A stretch of 64,000 nucleotides of DNA from Eledone cirrhosa (GCA_964016885.1 OZ024744.1:33790001-33854000), one strand, 5' to 3'; shown: positions 1 through 14,944, counted from the stretch's first letter. Translations and numbers: made by a program. The notes: generated from the letters alone by a model not told the origin.

Positions 1-779
1 GCTTTCATTATGTAAAATCTCTCCATTTTGCCTTGTTTCTCCCCGTTTTGGGACAGTTTTGTCCTTGGTTCTCCTCGTTTAGGTTTTTGGACGTTGGCAG
101 GTCTGGTGTTTGGGTTTTGTGTGCGCGTGCATGTTTCTTCATATGTATAGGTATGTGTGCTTGTGTGTACATACGTGTTTGTGTGTATGCGTAGATACGT
201 GTACCTGTGTGAGTGGATGTGTATATGTGTATGTGTAGATGTGTATGTGTATGTGTAGATGTGTATGTATATGTGTATGTGTAGGTAGAAGTTCCTACGT
301 GAGGGTTCCTGCGTGTATGTGTGGCAGACCTGTCAACGCTCCTCGTCGGACGGGGACATCTCCCACCCACCTTGGGTGGGTGAGAGATGTCATCTCTTGT
401 GAAAATGGGTATAGCTTTTATTATGTAAAAGCTCCCCATTTTGCCTCATTTCTCTCCGTTTGGGGGCCCTTTTTTTCTCATGGTACTCCGCGTTTGGGAA
501 TTTAGAGATTGGCATGTCTGCAACCTTCCATATAGCGTCGCATTGAAAGAAGCTTTGCTCCTGTGCACGCGTCAAAACGTGTATAGATTACCGTTGATTA
601 CCAACTACTTTGATCTAGTAATTCCTCGTTGTGCCAAACTGTGTGTTTGTTAAGCGTGTACACACAGCTTTTATACCTAAGACTCTTATTCATAATGCCA
701 TTCTTTGGCAGTTATTTATTTATCTTTTTATTGTATTATTTTCATCTGGTTCAAATGTCCTTTCTGATGCTGATCATTA

Positions 780-934
<155 letters not shown>

Positions 935-1173
935 TCACTCACTCAAACACACACATATACATATATATGTATATGTATATATATATATACATATATATAT
1001 ATACATGTATATATATATATTTATATAAGGATTAGAATACTGGAGCGTGTTTGAGTCAAACACCCTCTTCGTATTATAGAATTGACAGTAAAAGGTATAG
1101 CTCAATGCAGTTAAACAGAGCCAAAACATTAAGAGAGTAAAACAAAGAATCCTTTAATACATCAAAAGTTTTT

Positions 1174-1219
1174 ATTAGCCGACAATGTTTCGTCCTATTA
1201 AGGACTCATCAGGGCAATC
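1174..1219 (-). ncRNA. Type I hammerhead ribozyme motif (canonical core)
   Basis: Minus strand reads GCC-CTGATGA-GTCCT taat AGGAC-GAAA-CATTG-TC-GGC. Confidence 0.85.
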
Positions 1220-1473
1220 AAAACAATAAGAGGTAATATCGGCAGATACAAGCCAGAAACTCTGAAGAATATGGAGTGTACATACACTAATGTCTTGCAA
1301 AGATATACGATAATAAAAATGAAAATAAAGATAAAAATAATAAAATTATAATAACTAAGGATGTAGATAACATTAAGAACCATATTACAAATATATATTT
1401 ATATATATAAACATACATATGTATGTATAAATAAATATATATATATATATATTTATATATATTTATATATATT

Positions 1474-1526
<53 letters not shown>

Positions 1527-1735
1527 ATAAACACATATATTTATAAACACATACGTATATACATATATACATACATACGTATATACATACATGTACATAT
1601 ACATGCACACACACACATACGCACATACACACATGCATACATACATACATACATACACATACATGCATACACACACACACACATACATACATACATACAT
1701 ACACACATACATACACACATACATACACACATACA

Positions 1736-1769
<34 letters not shown>

Positions 1770-2302
1770 CATATACATACATACATACATACATACATAC
1801 ATACATACATACATACATACATAGAAACATACATACAATTATCAACCTGTCTTGAATTCCTTGTCGCCAAGAAGTGGCCGCCGAGGTGTTCCATCGTTGT
1901 CATTTTGATTATAGAGTCAAAGGCGAAAAATCGAATTTACTTAAGCAAACATAAAAATTCTTTGTTTTCTCCAGCGACGTTAGTCGTTTGTGTAAATATC
2001 CTTGTATACATCTAGACAAATGTCTGCCGTTTTCACTTCCTGTCATCTTAACATCGACAAACACGGGATCTCGTGCGCCACTGAGAGCTTTATAGTTATC
2101 AATTGTTGAGCCCCAGGGATTATAGACCGGTTTCTTCTTTTTTTCTTTTGTAAAACCCATTTTAAGGACCTTCTTTTTCCTTCTAAGGAACATTGCCGCC
2201 CTCCGTCAATGGTTCCTCGTTTTTATTTCTTGAATGTCACGTCCATTTTTGCCTGGCATACTGTTATGTCCGGGTAATAGACAAATAAATAAATTGAATA
2301 TT

Positions 2303-2381
<79 letters not shown>

Positions 2382-2982
2382 TTCTCTCACTTTCTCTCTC
2401 TCTCTCTCCTTTCTTTCTCACTCTCTGTCACTTTCTCTCACTTTCTCTCTCTCTCCCCTCTTTTTCTCCTGACTCTCCTGTATATCTCTTTCCTCTCTCC
2501 CTCTCTTTCTTTCTCACACACTCTCTCTCTATCTCTCTTTCTCTCCTTTCTTTCTCTCTCTCTCTCCCTTTTCACACTCTCTCTCTCTCTCTCTCACATT
2601 CTCTTTCTCTCCTGTTTCTCTCTCTCTCTCTCTCTCTCTCACACATTCTCTTTCTCTTATTTCTTCTTACCTCACTCTCTCCCCTTTTTTCTCCTCACCC
2701 TTCTCTCTCTCCCCCTCTGTTCCCTCCTCCCTTCATGTCAAAATGCTCGGGTCTAGTATTTACAGAAGGTACGATAGTAAGATCTATTCCCGAACCGTCC
2801 GCTGTGTAGTTTTCTGGAACAAGGCTGCTCCAGATTCTACAGTTTACACAAAATGGATACCAACCGCAGCAGCTGCAGGTTAATCCTGCGACAGACTAGC
2901 GTCTCATCCAGGTGAAGAAGAATCGTTCGTCTCTAACTACAATGGCATCTTTCCCTTGCTCAAAATCATATATAGTATACAT

Positions 2983-3072
<90 letters not shown>

Positions 3073-3196
3073 TATAAATATATATACTATATATATAAAC
3101 TGTTATAAATAGTGTATATATATAGTTTATATATAGTGCATATATTGTGTGAATAGAGTGTATATATTGTGTGTGTATATGGTGTATATATGAGTT

Positions 3197-3395
3197 GTGA
3201 AAGCGCATAGTGGTTAGAGCGTCGGGCTTACAATCCTGAAGTTGCGAGTTGGATTCCCGGACCGCGCTGTTTGTTGTGTTTCTTGAGCAAAAAAAAATAA
3301 TTTCACGTTGCTCCAGCTTACTCAGCTGTAGAAATGAATTGTCACGTCACTGATGCCAAGCTATAGTGAACATTGCCTTTCTCTTGGACAACATC
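3197..3395 (+). mobile_element. tRNA-derived SINE family 2 (also 30937-31085, 55867-55990)
   Basis: A/B-box-like TAGTGGTTAGAGC..GAGTT..ATTC, then TTTATTTCACGTTGCTCCAG. Confidence 0.78.
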
Positions 3396-3670
3396 GTATA
3401 TAGTGTATATATATAGTGTATATATATAGTGTATATAAATATATATAGTGTGTAAATATATATAGCGTATATATATATATATATATATATATAGTGTATA
3501 TATATATATATATATATATACACTATATATAAACAATGAGTTCTTTGATTTGTTGATTATTCAACAAAGTAAATTTATAACTTTCTTCAATGAACTTATA
3601 ACATAGTCACTATATTTAAACCAAATATTGTATTTTATCTGACGAAAGCGTACTAAAATATTGGTACCCT

Positions 3671-3741
<71 letters not shown>

Positions 3742-3910
3742 GTAATAATAATAAATTTGAAGACTAAAATCCAAAGAGGGTTCGATAAGGATAAATTATT
3801 TCAGAAGATCCCGTTAAGGGTGAGAGCAGCGATTCTTTGCTTAAACTTTAATCTGTTATTTTAATTAACATATATATATGATATATATATATATGATATA
3901 TATATATATA

Positions 3911-3972
<62 letters not shown>

Positions 3973-3992
3973 TGTATATATATATATATATA

Positions 3993-4051
<59 letters not shown>

Positions 4052-4053
4052 TG

Positions 4054-4100
<47 letters not shown>

Positions 4101-4106
<6 letters not shown>

Positions 4107-4669
4107 ATACTTTGGGAGGGTCATGTTGCCAATAAGAAACACACGCACCAGTTGCTTTCACTTCAATTTATTATAATAAATTTATAAATTTAGGAATTTA
4201 TAAATTTCCGGTTGGTTGGTTCCACAACCAGATGGTTGTTTATATATTGTCAAAGTTCTTTCGTCACACATTATGTGACCTCTTCAGTGACTGGGGATTC
4301 TTTTCTTTGTTTTTCTGCCTCTCCTTTGTTCTGTCCTACGCCATCTTGTTTTTGTGTGTGTGACAAGATGGCGTAGGACAGAACAAAGGAGAGGCAGAAA
4401 AACAAAGAAAAGAATCCCCAGTCACTGAAGAGGTCACATAATGTGTGACGAAAGAACTTTGACAATATATAAACAATCATTTGGTTGTGGAACCAACCAA
4501 CCAACCGGAAATTTATAAATTCCTAAATTTATAAATTGTTTATAATAAATTGAAGTGAAAGCAACTGGTGCGTGTGTTTCTTATTGGCAACATGACAATC
4601 CCAAAGTATAACAATATCGGTTTCAACACACGTTTTCAGATAAAGAATCTTGCTAAAAAAATTCAGAAA

Positions 4670-4671
<2 letters not shown>
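4101..4671. mobile_element. Fold-back (palindromic) copy of PLE A pLTR in (TA)n
   Basis: Arms 4101-4350 and 4363-4615 are near-exact reverse complements and match 45015-45263. A ~55-bp extension follows, and there is (TA)n on both sides. Confidence 0.9.
4421..4463 (+). ncRNA. Minimal HHR motif (mirror copy at 4249-4291, -)
   Basis: GTCA-CTGAAGA-g-GTCACA taatg TGTGAC-GAAA-GAAC-TT-TGAC. Confidence 0.7.
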
Positions 4672-4719
<48 letters not shown>

Positions 4720-4996
4720 TAAATCATGTCTATAGAATTATTAGATAAATAAAATTCATATCATTTCCTCTGCCAATCACCATAATTAACCATATAAAAA
4801 ATCAATTAGACCAAGCTATAAGGATAAAAGCTCCTATGAAGAAATCTCCGACAAACAAACGAAAGTGGCCTCTTCGCGGTGGCCTCAATAGAATATTTAT
4901 CCAACATTTCGACAGCATGTAGAAACTGACCAAATATACAATCAACCATACACAATTTGGTGTAAATTGAAACTTAGAAGAAATGTGTACATACCG

Positions 4997-5036
<40 letters not shown>

Positions 5037-5042
5037 TATATA

Positions 5043-5228
5043 TAATTGTTTCTACGTTGGGCACAAAGCCAGCAATTACCCAGTGTATTACTGGTACTTT
5101 ATTTTATCGACCCCGTAAGCATGAAAGGCAAAGTTAACCTCGGCGGGATTTGAACTCAGAATGGCAAGGGCCGTAACTCCATGCGTCAAAGCATGGCGTC
5201 CGACCCTCTACCAATACTGCCAATCCAC
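5043..5228 (-). mobile_element. SINE family 1 (other copies/fragments: 5453-5600 +, 6095-6212 -, 27537-27705 +, 30275-30330 +, 51466-51585 -)
   Basis: Shared core GAAAGGCAAAGTTAACCTCGGCGGGATTTGAACTCAGA, with ATT-type tail. Confidence 0.85.
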
Positions 5229-5922
5229 AATGCTCTTATATATATATAGTGTATATATAATGTTTTGACATCACTAGTCTTAGACAACAAAGGTGGCGTG
5301 GTGAGGGGAGTCTGACATACATGGGCAACTGCTGGTCTTCCACAAAGCTACCTTGCCTGGACTTGTGCTATGAAGGGAAACTTTCCAGGTGCAAATCACA
5401 GGGTTATTCGTAACCGAAGGGGTCTTTACCCCCTTTACCCATATAGTATAGAGGCGGTGAATTGGCAGAGACGTTACAACGTCGGATGCTATGTAGTGTT
5501 TGTTTCCACTCTCTGCTCTCTCAGTTCAAATCCCGCTTTCTCAACTTTATCCATTTATGGTCGATAAAAAATGTACCAGTCAAGTGCTGGTGTCGATTCT
5601 TCCTTCATATCTCTTTCTCACTTCCTTTATCCTTCTCTGGAAGAAATCTCCTGAACTCAGGCTAGGAGAGGAGGTGATGGGCTCCGCCCAGGTTTTAAAA
5701 CTGCACTAGAAATGCCGTATGTCAATATGGGGCCCCTACCACTCTATCGGGAGTTACGGGACCATACATATAAACTGTATAAATTGTATATATATATATA
5801 GTTTATATATAAAGTATATATTGTATATATATATAGCGTATATATTGTGTATATATGGTGTATATATAGTTTATATATAAAGTATATATAGTGTATATAT
5901 AGTGCATCTATTGTGTATATAT

Positions 5923-5969
<47 letters not shown>

Positions 5970-6257
5970 TTTATATATATACTTTATATATAAAGTATAT
6001 ACAGTGTATATATAGTGTATATATGGTGTATATATGAGTTGTGACGATAGTTGCCAAGCTATACCAGCATTTATCTTTCATTGGACATCATACATAAGGA
6101 TGGAAGGCAAAGTTAACCTCGGCGGGATTTGAACTCAGAATGGCAAGGGCCGTAACTCTATGCGTCAATGCATGGCATCCGGTCCTCTACCCATACTGCC
6201 AACCCACCGCCCTGAGAATGTAAATATAATGTGATGATACATGTGTCAAACTGTATT

Positions 6258-6412
6258 TTCTTCTTCTTCTTCTTCTTCTTCTTCTTCTTCTTCTTCTTCT
6301 TCTTCTTCTTCTTTTTCTTTTTCTTTCTTCTTTTTCTTCTTCTTCTTCTTCTTCTTCTTCTTCTTCTTCTTCTTCTTCTTCTTCTTCTTCTTCTTCTTCT
6401 TCTTCTTCTCTT
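6258..6412. repeat. (TTC)n microsatellite
   Basis: Direct inspection. Confidence 0.97.
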
Positions 6413-6429
6413 CCTCTCCCTACTCCTCT

Positions 6430-6955
6430 TCCATTTCATGGCGCAAAATCTGGCGATGGGCCTACGACCTGTCCTGGTAAGCGTGGGAAGAACGCACAAA
6501 GGTTGCGTATCCCGTGAGCCAGAAAGTGAGCAAACCTTGACAGTTGGAACATCACAACTCTTATAGGTAAGGAGCAGGAACCAGTGGGAGAGGCTAGATG
6601 CTTACCAGTTATATAGAGTCGGGGTTTCCTCAACAAAGCTGTGAGCGAAAGAGGCCTGGTGTGGCGCCAGATGGCAGGAAGACTTCTTGGTTCAATCAAG
6701 AGGTCAAAAACGCCATCCGAGCAAAGAAGCAAGCTTACAAAGCTTGGCTTGGAAATAGGTCCTCCTTATTACACCTACGGTACAAGCAGGAACGAAAATC
6801 ACAGCAGAGACAGCAAAGGACTTCTAGAGTTAAGATATGGGGGCTTTGGTGTTACGTTGGAATCCGACTTCAGATAAACAAATAAAGTGTTCTGGCAAAC
6901 CATCCCGATGACTTCGTAATAAGAAGCCCTCCTCCACTCCCGCTATTAAGAACGC
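6430..6955 (+). mobile_element. Internally deleted RTE LINE fragment
   Basis: SWNITTLIGKEQE (endonuclease start) is joined to WFNQEVKNAIRAKKQAYKAW and NKVFWQTI. Confidence 0.7.
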
Positions 6956-7353
6956 GTCAAACAGTATCGGCCCTTATATTTTCTCTTGGACAACATCATA
7001 TAGTGAATATAATATGTATATGGAGAGTATAGACAGTGTCCTCGGCTCTCCTTCGTTTAGAAGAATAACTGTTTCTTATAAATTATCTTATTCACGACGA
7101 TGCCACTGGTTTCTGACAAAACAAATGTTTTCCAAAAAGAAAAAAAGTTGTCCACTCAGTTCAGATTTGATGGAAAATAGTTCAAGCATTGGCAAAATAA
7201 ATGGCTAAATGGTTAAGTATTCCCTTCATAACCACATAATACTGTGTTCAAGCCCGCCGCGCGGCACCATAAGTATTTTAATAAAACGTTGGGTTCATCA
7301 ATGCTGTATAAGTTGAATTTGGTAGATGGAAAGTAGAAAAACCAATCGCATGC

Positions 7354-7390
<37 letters not shown>

Positions 7391-7504
7391 GGGGGGGGGT
7401 ATGTGCGTATATATATATATATATATATCCCACACTCAAGCGTGAACCTAATACTAACACTTTGTACTGTACTCTTCGCTATTGTTTTTGTTTTCTGTTT
7501 TAAC

Positions 7505-7554
<50 letters not shown>

Positions 7555-9323
7555 GATACATACACACAGGATATAAGGCTTACAGATAGATATATAGTTA
7601 AATGCTTAGTTAGTTAGACACACATATATATATAGAGCGAGAGAGAAACTCACACACACACAGAAAAGTAAAGAGACTTTTTCACATAACTGATACTAAC
7701 TACAGACACATTTCCAGATTCCACTTCATTATTTGTCAGGTGTTTCTTAAACTTATGAATTCCTCGGATTGTGAACACGCTTTGTTCGAGATGAGAATTC
7801 AAAGCATTCCCCTCTCCCCACGAAACAACCGTGACAATTAGTAGGCATTGCTTCCGCTTTGCAGCTGGCTGACCGGAAGTTTCAATAAAATGGTGGTCAT
7901 GTTTTTTTTGTGTTTTTTTTCTGTCTAATTATTTATTTACTTATTCAATTTACACGTTTGTGTAAAAGGAACGAAGAGAATGGTGAAAAAAAACTATAGC
8001 AAAACAGCGGCTGGCGTTGCATTTGCTACGCTGTGTGTGAGTGTATGCTTGCGTATTGTTTGTGCAAATGTGTGTTTGTGTTTGTGTGAATGTAAATATA
8101 TGTGTATTCGTATAAATGTATGTATGCTTGTGTGAATGTATATGTACGTGTGTGTTTCTGTAAATATATGTGTTTGTATAAATGTATGTGTGTGTGTGTG
8201 TTTGTGTGAATGTGTGTGTATTTGTGTAAATGTATGTCTGTGAGTGTGTATTTTTGTAAGTGTGTCAGTGTTTGCGCGTTTGTATATATATATAGTCACA
8301 CATATAAATGTATGCATATTCACACACACACAAATATATATATACACACACACATACGTGTCAGCGTGTTGAAAAAAGTCCTAGTATCTAAAAAGTCCCC
8401 TGTTGAGAATCAATGGGGCCTTGCTTGGCTTTACAGTGGCATTGTTCATACTTCCGCTTTTTCTGATACATTTATGATGTGGCTGTCCGAACTGACATAT
8501 CCCTTCCTTTTCTTGTCTGATATATCATCTGATATATCTATATTTTTAAAGAGGTCGGGTGGCAGAAGAAATAAGAGAACGTCCCAGATGATTTTGTTGT
8601 TGTTGTTGTTGTTGTTGTTGTTTTAATGTTCTGTGTGTTCATTGTTTTTATTTTTTTTAAATATTTATTTGTTTGTTTGTTTGTTTCTTTGCTTATTCAT
8701 TTGTTTATTTTTCAGAATGTTTTTTTTTTTAATTTGTTGTTGTTTTGACTTCTAATTTTCACTTCCTGACTGCTTGATTCATTGTCTGCCTGTCTGCCTG
8801 TCTGCCTGATTGTCTGACTGCTTGATTCATTGTCTGCCTGTCTGCCTGTCTGTCTATCTGCCTGTCAGTTTGATTCATTGTCTGTCTGTCTGTCTTTGAC
8901 AGTAGACGTCTTGCACATCGGCTCTTCGATTTGGAATTTTACTTGGATTATTTGTGAGTGTATTATTTAAATTGTTTTTTATTATTGACTCTAACCCCTA
9001 GTCTGGGACTGTAGACGTAGGGTAAATATATTTTCACCCCTTTTGGGGTGAAAAATATTTATTTCAAAATGTTCATCGATATCGTTGAAAACGATATCGT
9101 CGAAAACGAGGAAGCCATATTGGAAGCTAACGCCACCCCTACCAAAAAAAAACGAGAAAGAGGGAACAACAATTCAAACTGTTGAACAGGCCCTCCTCTC
9201 GAATGAAAAAAAAAGAATATTAATTCGAATGAAAACGTAAATTTTGAAAAAAGTAACAAGAAAATAAACACCACAAAACATGAAACCAACAACATTGCAA
9301 CAACAAACAACAAAGACAACAAA

Positions 9324-10845
9324 ATGTCTTTTGCCCAAACGGTCAGGAAAACTATAGAGTACAAGCCAATAGACATCACAAACGCTAAGCAGAACTTGCT
9401 AAATGCCAGAAAATACATATCTTTTGGGGAGGATGGTTCTTTTACGATCAACTCTCCAGAAGAAGTTCGCCAACAGGTATATAGGAATACCATAACCTTC
9501 AGAACGATATCCAACACAACAAGAAAGCCAGCTCAATTGACAGAAAGTCAAATTGAGCTGGTATTGAAAGACATTAAAGAAAACATACTTTTTATTGAAA
9601 GAGGAAAGCTGTATGCCAGCATTATGGTCCGTTTGAAGGACGAAATGCTGGCTCAAAAATGCTCGGTGGCACCTATAGTGTCACCACAATACACCTTCCT
9701 CCCCACGTATAAAGGAAGAAGAACTCAGAGACTAAGAATGTGGAGCCCAACGCCAGAAGTTAACATCTGGTCCGTCCTGACAAGATTTACGGACTTAGAA
9801 AAGGACATCCTTATTTCAGCAGGGGAGTCCACCAGTGGACTGTTCGGGGGGAAAAGTCTGGAGGTTCTCTTACAGATGACACCTGAGAGAATCGCCGGAA
9901 TACCCGACTGAGTCCTACTGGATGGGCGAACATTCATAAATATTACGGTGGAAGGCAGGAGACCCTCATGTTACCAACGCGCTGGCAGAAGTCACCTGAG
10001 GACGGCCTGCCCTCTACTAACAACAAAAAAACCACTGCTACAAACACCACAACAACAACAAAAACAACAAGCACCACCACCACAAAAACAACAAAATACA
10101 CTACCATCACCACCACAACGACAACAAAAGCCAACAACACCACCTCCACCACCACCACCACAACAACAACATCAACAACAGCTCAACAAAACAACCCAAA
10201 ACACGGTCCCACCCTGCCCCTCCTCACAGAACACAAATACAAAAACAGACGCAGTTCATACACAACCCGGAGATATACCCCTCCCCTCCAATATGGAAGA
10301 GGAGCTCATATCGTCGGAAGACGAGGGGGCTCCCTTCCAAAAAGTGAAAAGAAAAAACGTACAGACAACACACAAACAAAAATAACCCCACCTGACAACA
10401 CAACACAGACAACAAAACGCAAACGCACTCAAGAACAACAAGCAAAAACAAACACAACACAAAAACTCTACACATACACAAACAAAAACAATAAAAACCT
10501 AACAGAAAAAATAGAAAACAACCCTTCGGTACAAACCGAAGGGCCGAATTTTGTAACGGCAATGGGACTCCCTAACCTGAAAATGGTGAAAGTCCCACTT
10601 GACATTTTCAAAACTTTGAAAAACATTTACCCTGAGGACGTGGGGCCACCATGCACCAGGCCACTCAACCGCGTCCTCCTGAAAGGTTTTCCCCTCCCCT
10701 CCTCAAACACCCACACAACTCCAAACACCCCAACCCCTCCACACACTAATACCCCCATACCACCACAAACCACCACCCCACCCATCAACCCTCCACCAGC
10801 CCCATGGAAACTGAGCGGCCCGAACCCCGGGACACAGAGAGGTAA
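9324..10845 (+). pseudogene. Tx1 copy 1 ORF1 (gag-like, degenerate zinc knuckle), disrupted
   Basis: ORFs 9324-9911, 9948-10385 and 9968-10933 are collinear with ORF1 of copy 2. Contains CYQRAGRSHLRTACP and ends PMETERPEPRDTER* (TAA 10843-10845). Confidence 0.8.
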
Positions 10846-10868
10846 GTGCCTCTTTCTTTGCCACCAAC

Positions 10869-13800
10869 ATGGCTGTGTTAAGAGTGGGTTGTCTAAATGC
10901 GCGTGGCCTGGGCTCACCTTGGAAGCAAGCTAAACTTCTAAGTGACCTCAGGTCACAATGTATAAATGTGATGGTTATTTGCGAGGCCCGGATCAGCAGC
11001 ATGCGACAGCTAGCCCCCACCTTTGATGACTTTGAGATGCACGCATCTCTCTGTCAGCCCGGAGGTGGGGGTGGGGTTGTCGTTCTGCTGCAAAAACATC
11101 TGGATCTCGCTACACAGACGGTACACTTGGACCAGGAGGGTCGACTCGTGGTTCTGGACCTTGGCAATGGTGAAGGCGAAGCTTTTAGGCTTGTCGCCGT
11201 ATACGCCCCTTTTGGGGCAATGCGGTCGGACTTCTTCCATCGTCTGGAGACTTTTCTAGGGACGTCCCGCTCCTTGCTTTTAGTGGGGGACTGGAATGGT
11301 ATCCTAGATGCACGTTGGGACTATGTAGGGGCAAGTCCCGATAGAGGGGGGTGTAACGGCCTTAAGGGGTTAATCGGCCGATTTGACCTGGCCGATAGAT
11401 ACCGACTAGATTTTCCGACTGTACCAACCTGGACTTGGTCAAATAACAGTGGTCAATCTAGATCGTACCTAGATAGGTTCTTAGTTAGAATTAAGGATAG
11501 GGACTTTTTAAGTTGTCCAGAAATGCTCATGGTGGGCTATTCAGACCACAAGTTAGTGACCTGCGTAGTCCACCTTGATAGAACGCATAGGCAGGGACCC
11601 GGTTACTGGAAGCTCAACTTGTCCTTACCGGCAAGTAGAGCTTACAGGGACCGGATTAGAACCTTAGTTAAGGAGCGGTTGACGGGCGCCATCGTCAACA
11701 GCAGGTGGTGGGGCCCTCTAAAAAGAGAGATTATAGTAGTTTCAATAGGAGTTAGTAAGGAGTTAGCCTCAGATAGAAATAGGAAGGAAAGGGAGTTGGT
11801 AGTTAATGTTGAAGAGGCAATGAGAAGCGGCAACGTGGCCAGAGTGCAAGCGTCGAGAACGGCCTTGAACCAGTTCTTCGACGCGAAACACGAAGGCTGC
11901 GTTGTCCGAAGCAAAATACGTGCTCTGGGAAACGAGGGGACCAAAGCGTGACAGAAGCGAAAAGTGGGATTAAATCCACTATCCGGTCTTTGCGAGACCA
12001 GGATGGACGGGTGATCCTTGATCCTAAGCAAATGTGCGAGGCCTTTCAAAGGCACTTTGCCCAATTGTTCGGGAGGGGCGGGGGGCCGGTTGGAGATGTG
12101 GATTTCGGTCCATACCTCGACGGCCTGCCGCGTCTTTCGGACAAGGAGTCGAAGTCCTGCGACGGGCCGATCTCAGCTGCTGAAATAGGGGACGTGCTGA
12201 GCCTATGCGGCAAACGCAAATCTCCAGGGCTCGATGGTCTGCCCTACGAACTATATATTAATATGCCGGACTTGTTCCCCGATCTCCTCGAGGCGGTCTA
12301 CTGCAACTGGCAACAGAAAGGGAGAATTCCCTGTTCTGTGACTAAGGGCGTAGTCTCGCTAGTGAGGAAGGACGAGAACAAGGGGGGATGACATTAGTAA
12401 TTTTAAGCCCATAACTCTGCTAAATGCAGATTTTGGCCAAGGTGTTAGCAAAGAGGTTGGCGCTTGTCGTGGGGAGCCTGGTGGGAGATGCGCAGACATG
12501 CGCTATCCCGTCCAGGTCCATCCACGACAACCTCCACCTCATGCGATGCATAATAGAGAGGGTTAGGAATGAACCCGGCTTTGGTGGGGCCCTGATAAAT
12601 TTAGATCAGTCTAAAGCATTCGATAGGGTGGACCATGGTTACCTGGATGCGGTGCTAGCGGCGGCTGGGTTCGGACCCGTTTTCAGGGGCTGGATCACTG
12701 CCATGCACAGCAGCCGCATCTGCTCTAGAGTTAAGGTGAATGGCTACCTTTCGGAGCCGTTCGAAATCACCCGCTCCATCCGACAGGGGTGCCCTCCCTC
12801 CTCCCTTCTGTATGTATTGGCTCTCGAGCCACTACTGCGGAAGTTGGAGTTGTTGCAGGGCATCCCTTTGGAACCGGGATTGCGCAAAGCGGTGTCGGCC
12901 TACGCCGATGACGTAATAGTAATGGTGTCGACCAACTCGGAAATCGAGGCAATCGGCACCGTACTGGAGGAGTACGAAAGGTTGACAGGGGCTAAGCTGA
13001 ACCGGGACAAGTCAGTCGCTTTGCAACTCGGCGAGTGGAGGGGCAAAGCGATGTCGTGCGACGGTATCGTCGGACGGTGGACGGAGGGCCCGGTGAAGTT
13101 GCTCGGGGTCTGTTTCGGACCGGACCTCCAGGTGGAGAAAAACTGGGGTGAGGTGACGAATAAGGTGTTTGCACTGACCCAGAAGTGGGCCGAGTGCAAA
13201 CTATCCCTGAAAGGTCGGGCGGAGGTGGCGAACGCTTACATAGCGTCCGTCATATATTACCGCTTGACTGTCGTGCCTTGCCCGGGTGAGATCCTCGCCA
13301 AAATGGAGCGCGCCCTATTTTATTTCCTTTGGAAGAAGAGGTCTCCTCTGGTGAGGAGATCCATCTGCTGTCAACACCCTTTGAAAGGAGGGTGGGGATG
13401 CCGTGGCTAAAAGTGCGTAAACACGCATTGAGGCTAAGGCACCTCCAGGTATTCCTCACCGGTCAACCGGTGTGGGCCCCGTTTGTGAGGCGAGCCTTCC
13501 CGAGGCTCGTCTCGCTCACCGAGCTGCAGTCCTGGGTGAAGCAAAGACCGAGAAAACTGGGCGACTGGCACACCGAGTGTGCCCAGGCGCTCACGGCTCT
13601 CTGGCAGGCGGACCCGGCTATCGACGGAGACTCCACCTCGTCATTCTATAGAGGGCTGGCGGTTAGCAGGTACGACGACTCCCTCGAAGAAACCCTAGGC
13701 ATGGAGGAGGACGAACTGGCCAGTCTATTCGGTAGGACTTTCGGCCCGGGACCTATGGACAACTTCCAGAAGTCCTTGGCCTAGCAGTGCTACCGAGGGG

Positions 13801-14282
13801 CTCTGCCCGTTCGGGATAAGCTCTACAGACACGGGCGCCCGGGTAGGGACCCCTCGAAAAAGATCTGTCCCAGATGCGTGCGCGACGAGGAAACCGTCGC
13901 GCACGCATTGATGCACTGCCCGGGCGTTGCCGATCTGTGGGGCTATGGCGAACAACTGCTGTCACGGGTGGAACCAATTAGGTTGACCACCGAGTCCATT
14001 GTAACGATCAAGCCGCCTCCTCCCTTCAAAAATGAAGGAGAGGCGGTCTTCCTCTGTGTAATAGCCATGGTAAAAGAGGTTATATGGTGGACGCGTCTGA
14101 AAGGGCTGAGGTCGGACACCTTTCTTTTCGGCCAACAACTGGTCCTTTTCTTCCGATACCATTTCGGAAGAAGGATCAGGATGGAGAGAGAGGTGCTCCA
14201 CTCCAGCCAGTTTTATGAAAGGTGGGTGAAAGTGGCGAGAATGGCCCGTGTGAATGGGCCTTCTCTCTACCTCAGCCTGTAG
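10869..14282 (+). pseudogene. Tx1 copy 1 ORF2 (APE endonuclease, reverse transcriptase, CCHC), several frameshifts/stops
   Basis: Consecutive ORF pieces 10869-11951, 11948-12391, 12424-13410, 13329-13784 and 13878-14282 carry EN/RT motifs. Confidence 0.92.
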
Positions 14283-14465
14283 GTGGAAAAGGAAGAAGGG
14301 AGCACATTTTTTCGGGGGTGTGTGTGACCCCAAAACGATCCCTCCCTATTGAGGACCTTCTTGTTTCTATTTTGTTTGTTATATTTTTCTTACTCGATTT
14401 TTAAACTCCCCCCACCCATGTGCATGTCCCTTTCTTTTGTGCCCTAGTGGCAAATAAACAGAAAT

Positions 14466-14905
14466 TTGTCTGCCTGTCTGCCATCCTGCCTGACTGTCTG
14501 GCTGCTTGATTCATTGTCTGCCTGACTGCCTCACGGCCTGACTGCTTGATTCCGTGTCTGCCTATCTGTCTGACTGTTTGATTCATTGTCTGTCTGTCTG
14601 CCTGCCTGATTGCTTGATTCATTGTTTGCCTATATGCCTGACTGGCTGTCTGCCTGACTGCTTGAGTCATTGTCTGTCTGACTGCTCGAGTGCTTGATTC
14701 GTTGTCTGCCTGTCTCCTGACTGACTGTCTGCTCGGCTGCTTGATTTATTGTCTGTCTACCTGCCTGACTGCTTGATTCATTGTCTGCCTGTCTGCCTTT
14801 CTGCCTATCAGCTTGATTCACTGTCTGTCTGCCTTTCTGCCTGTCAGCTTGATTCACTGTCTGTCTGGCAGGCTGGCTGCTAAATGTTTGACTGTCTGAC
14901 TGTCT
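14466..14905. repeat. GCTTGATTCATTGTCTGCCTG minisatellite (continues at 8765-8895 on the other side of Tx1 copy 1)
   Basis: ~30-40-bp units built on TCTG/CCTG. Confidence 0.85.
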
Positions 14906-14944
14906 GTGGGTACGCCTGCATCGCACGACTGCTTCTAACTCGCT

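Larger units (their letters stand above)
8895..14465 (+). mobile_element. Tx1-like (L1 clade) non-LTR retrotransposon, copy 1, near full length, frameshifted
   Basis: ORF1 fragments, then APE endonuclease motifs (CLNARGL, ICE, VGDWN, YLDRF, SDHK), RT (LDQSKAFDRVDH, RQGCP, YADD) and C-terminal CPRC..H..HC. 3' end AATAAACAGAAAT runs into (TCTG/CCTG) repeats. Confidence 0.93.

Noticed and set aside
1-505. Direct repeat (1-55 vs 414-465) with an internal hairpin as an LTR element
   Set aside because: Cut by the window edge, with no coding or terminal motifs to classify it.
3197-3270. tRNA gene
   Set aside because: No complete cloverleaf. The sequence continues into a SINE body repeated at 30937 and 55867.
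3795-3835. HHR-like CAGAAGA-tCCC..GGGt-GAGA
   Set aside because: Both core boxes are mutated and stem I is not evident.
10838-10848. Splice-donor-like AGGTAAGT at the Tx1 ORF1 end
   Set aside because: It coincides with the ORF1 stop codon. No matching acceptor was shown and it is not preserved in copy 3.
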